64,000 nt of DNA from an uncultured Lentimicrobiaceae bacterium (GTDB lineage: Bacteria > Bacteroidota > Bacteroidia > Bacteroidales > CAZZLL01), in contig CAZZLL010000006.1 in assembly GCA_964654725.1 (NCBI GenBank), positions 4,641 through 68,640 of the forward strand, in the 5' to 3' direction. Both the position numbers and the translations under genes were made by a program. This document shows, in pieces, positions 62,866-64,000 of this stretch (position 1 is the first letter of the stretch; every line of letters starts with the position of its first letter). The notes below the pieces were generated by a model that was not told where the DNA came from, did not search any database, and saw nothing but the letters and a program-made list of their open reading frames with translations.

Positions 62866-64000
62866 TTGGATATTCATCAGATATTATTGAGATATTGGGG
62901 ATACACATCCTTCCGGCCGCTGCAGGAAGATATCATACATTCTGTACTGGACGGTAAGGACACCTTGGCCCTTATGCCAACGGGGGGGGGTAAATCTATT
63001 TGTTTCCAGGTGCCTGCTTTGGCTGTAGAAGGCTGCTGCCTGGTAGTTACACCCCTTATTGCTTTGATGAAAGATCAGGTTGACCAGCTTGTAAAACGCG
63101 GCATTAAAGCCACAGCCATTTATTCTGGTATACACAGGGATTCCATAAATACGGCATATATGAACTGCATTTACGGAGGATATAAATTCCTGTACCTGTC
63201 TCCTGAGCGCCTGGAAACGGAATCTTTCCGGATGAATGTACAGAGGATGAAAATTAATTTACTGGCCGTGGATGAATCCCATTGCATTTCACACTGGGGA
63301 TATGATTTCCGGCCATCTTATCTGAAAATAGCAGACATAAGAAAGCTGTTGCCGAATGTACCTGTTTTAGCAGTTACCGCTACAGCAACTGAAAAGGTCG
63401 TTCTGGATATCCAGAAAAACCTTGGCTTTATTAAGCAAAATATTTTCAGAAAGAGTTTTGAAAGGAAAAACCTGGCCTATATAGCAATAAAAGAAGAGGA
63501 TAAAATGGGTCGGTTGACCCGGATCGTGAAGAATGTGAAGGGAAGTGGAGTCGTTTATGTGCGGAATCGCAAACGGACCAGGGAAATAGCAGAATTTCTG
63601 AATCGCCAGGGCTTTAGCGCTGATTTCTATCATGCCGGACTGGATGCAACAACAAGGGAAAAGAAGCAAACAGGGTGGATGAAAAACAGACCCCTGATAA
63701 TGGTCTCAACAAATGCCTTTGGTATGGGTATTGATAAAGCGGATGTGCGCTTTGTTGTTCATATGGATTTGGCTGACAGTCCGGAAGCATACTTTCAGGA
63801 GGCCGGACGTGCCGGAAGAGATGGGAAAAAATCCTTTGCGGTCATTTTGTATGATGATGCTGATATCGCTGAATTAAACAGACAATGGGAGTTTACGTAT
63901 CCAGAAATACACATTATCCGAAAAATCTACAGGCAACTTGGAAACTATTTGAAAATCCCTGTTGGAGCGGGCAGAGACAATTCATTCGATTTTGATCTGT
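62866..64000 (+). CDS. recQ: RecQ-family ATP-dependent DNA helicase, 5' portion; the ORF runs off the window
   Basis: This ORF is not in the supplied track, presumably because it has no stop in the window. I translated it by eye: ...LLRYWGYTSFRPLQEDII.SVLDGKDTLALMPTGGGKSICFQVPAL...VVTPLIALMKDQVDQL...LAVDESHCISHWGYDFRPSY...LAVTATAT...VYV.NRK.TREIAEFL...G.SADFYHAGL....R......W......IMVSTNAFGMGIDKADVRFVVH.DL..S.EAYFQEAGRAGRDG. The start is uncertain; TTG 62866 is the candidate. Confidence 0.85.
   Translation, partial: MDIHQILLRYWGYTSFRPLQEDIIHSVLDGKDTLALMPTGGGKSICFQVPALAVEGCCLVVTPLIALMKDQVDQLVKRGIKATAIYSGIHRDSINTAYMNCIYGGYKFLYLSPERLETESFRMNVQRMKINLLAVDESHCISHWGYDFRPSYLKIADIRKLLPNVPVLAVTATATEKVVLDIQKNLGFIKQNIFRKSFERKNLAYIAIKEEDKMGRLTRIVKNVKGSGVVYVRNRKRTREIAEFLNRQGFSADFYHAGLDATTREKKQTGWMKNRPLIMVSTNAFGMGIDKADVRFVVHMDLADSPEAYFQEAGRAGRDGKKSFAVILYDDADIAELNRQWEFTYPEIHIIRKIYRQLGNYLKIPVGAGRDNSFDFDL

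Noticed and set aside
1-64000. tRNA, rRNA, CRISPR, IS element or integrase content
   Set aside because: Strings resembling a T-loop (GTTCGAATC-type, e.g. near 7171, 25868 and 32761) all lie inside well-supported CDSs and lack acceptor or anticodon stems. I found no regularly spaced direct repeats. No transposase or recombinase motifs appear in any ORF.

Overview
The window looks like chromosomal DNA from a low-GC member of the Bacteroidota. Supporting signs are TonB-dependent receptors with N-terminal carboxypeptidase-regulatory-like domains, a TBDT/DUF4249 pair, a fused E1 alpha/beta dehydrogenase, many lipoproteins with acidic residues after the lipobox Cys, TAnnTTTG -7 promoter motifs and few Shine-Dalgarno sequences. 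I support about 50 CDSs. I found no rRNA, tRNA, CRISPR array, transposase or integrase.

Housekeeping genes: aroQ, smpB, arcC-argF, citrate lyase citDE-citF, pdxH, tsaC, dapD, ruvX, def, cdaA, folP, tpiA, prmA, plsY, and a 5' partial recQ at the right edge.

Cell-envelope blocks sit between the housekeeping genes:
- A TPP (THI-box) riboswitch in front of a TonB-dependent receptor (about 825-3383).
- A tandem array of three DUF5011/Ig-like lipoproteins plus two disordered lipoproteins (10.3-13.2 kb).
- Three consecutive minus-strand TonB-dependent receptor modules (19.4-30.8 kb), with a decayed sensor-kinase fragment among them.
- A 1507-aa secreted protein of unknown function (45.8-50.3 kb).

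The best candidate for an undescribed system is a three-member paralog family. Each member has a signal peptide, TPR repeats, PD40/TolB-like repeats and C-terminal SPOR-like peptidoglycan-binding repeats (36189-37856, 51295-53988, 55956-60944). This resembles PorE or the flavobacterial TPR-PD40-OmpA proteins, but with SPOR-like modules in place of OmpA_C. Two members flank a translationally coupled pair (a small membrane protein and a membrane-anchored AraC regulator). One member carries a K/E/A/Q-rich, probably coiled-coil insertion of about 970 aa.

All functional calls come from reading the translated ORFs and recognising motifs. No database search was run.
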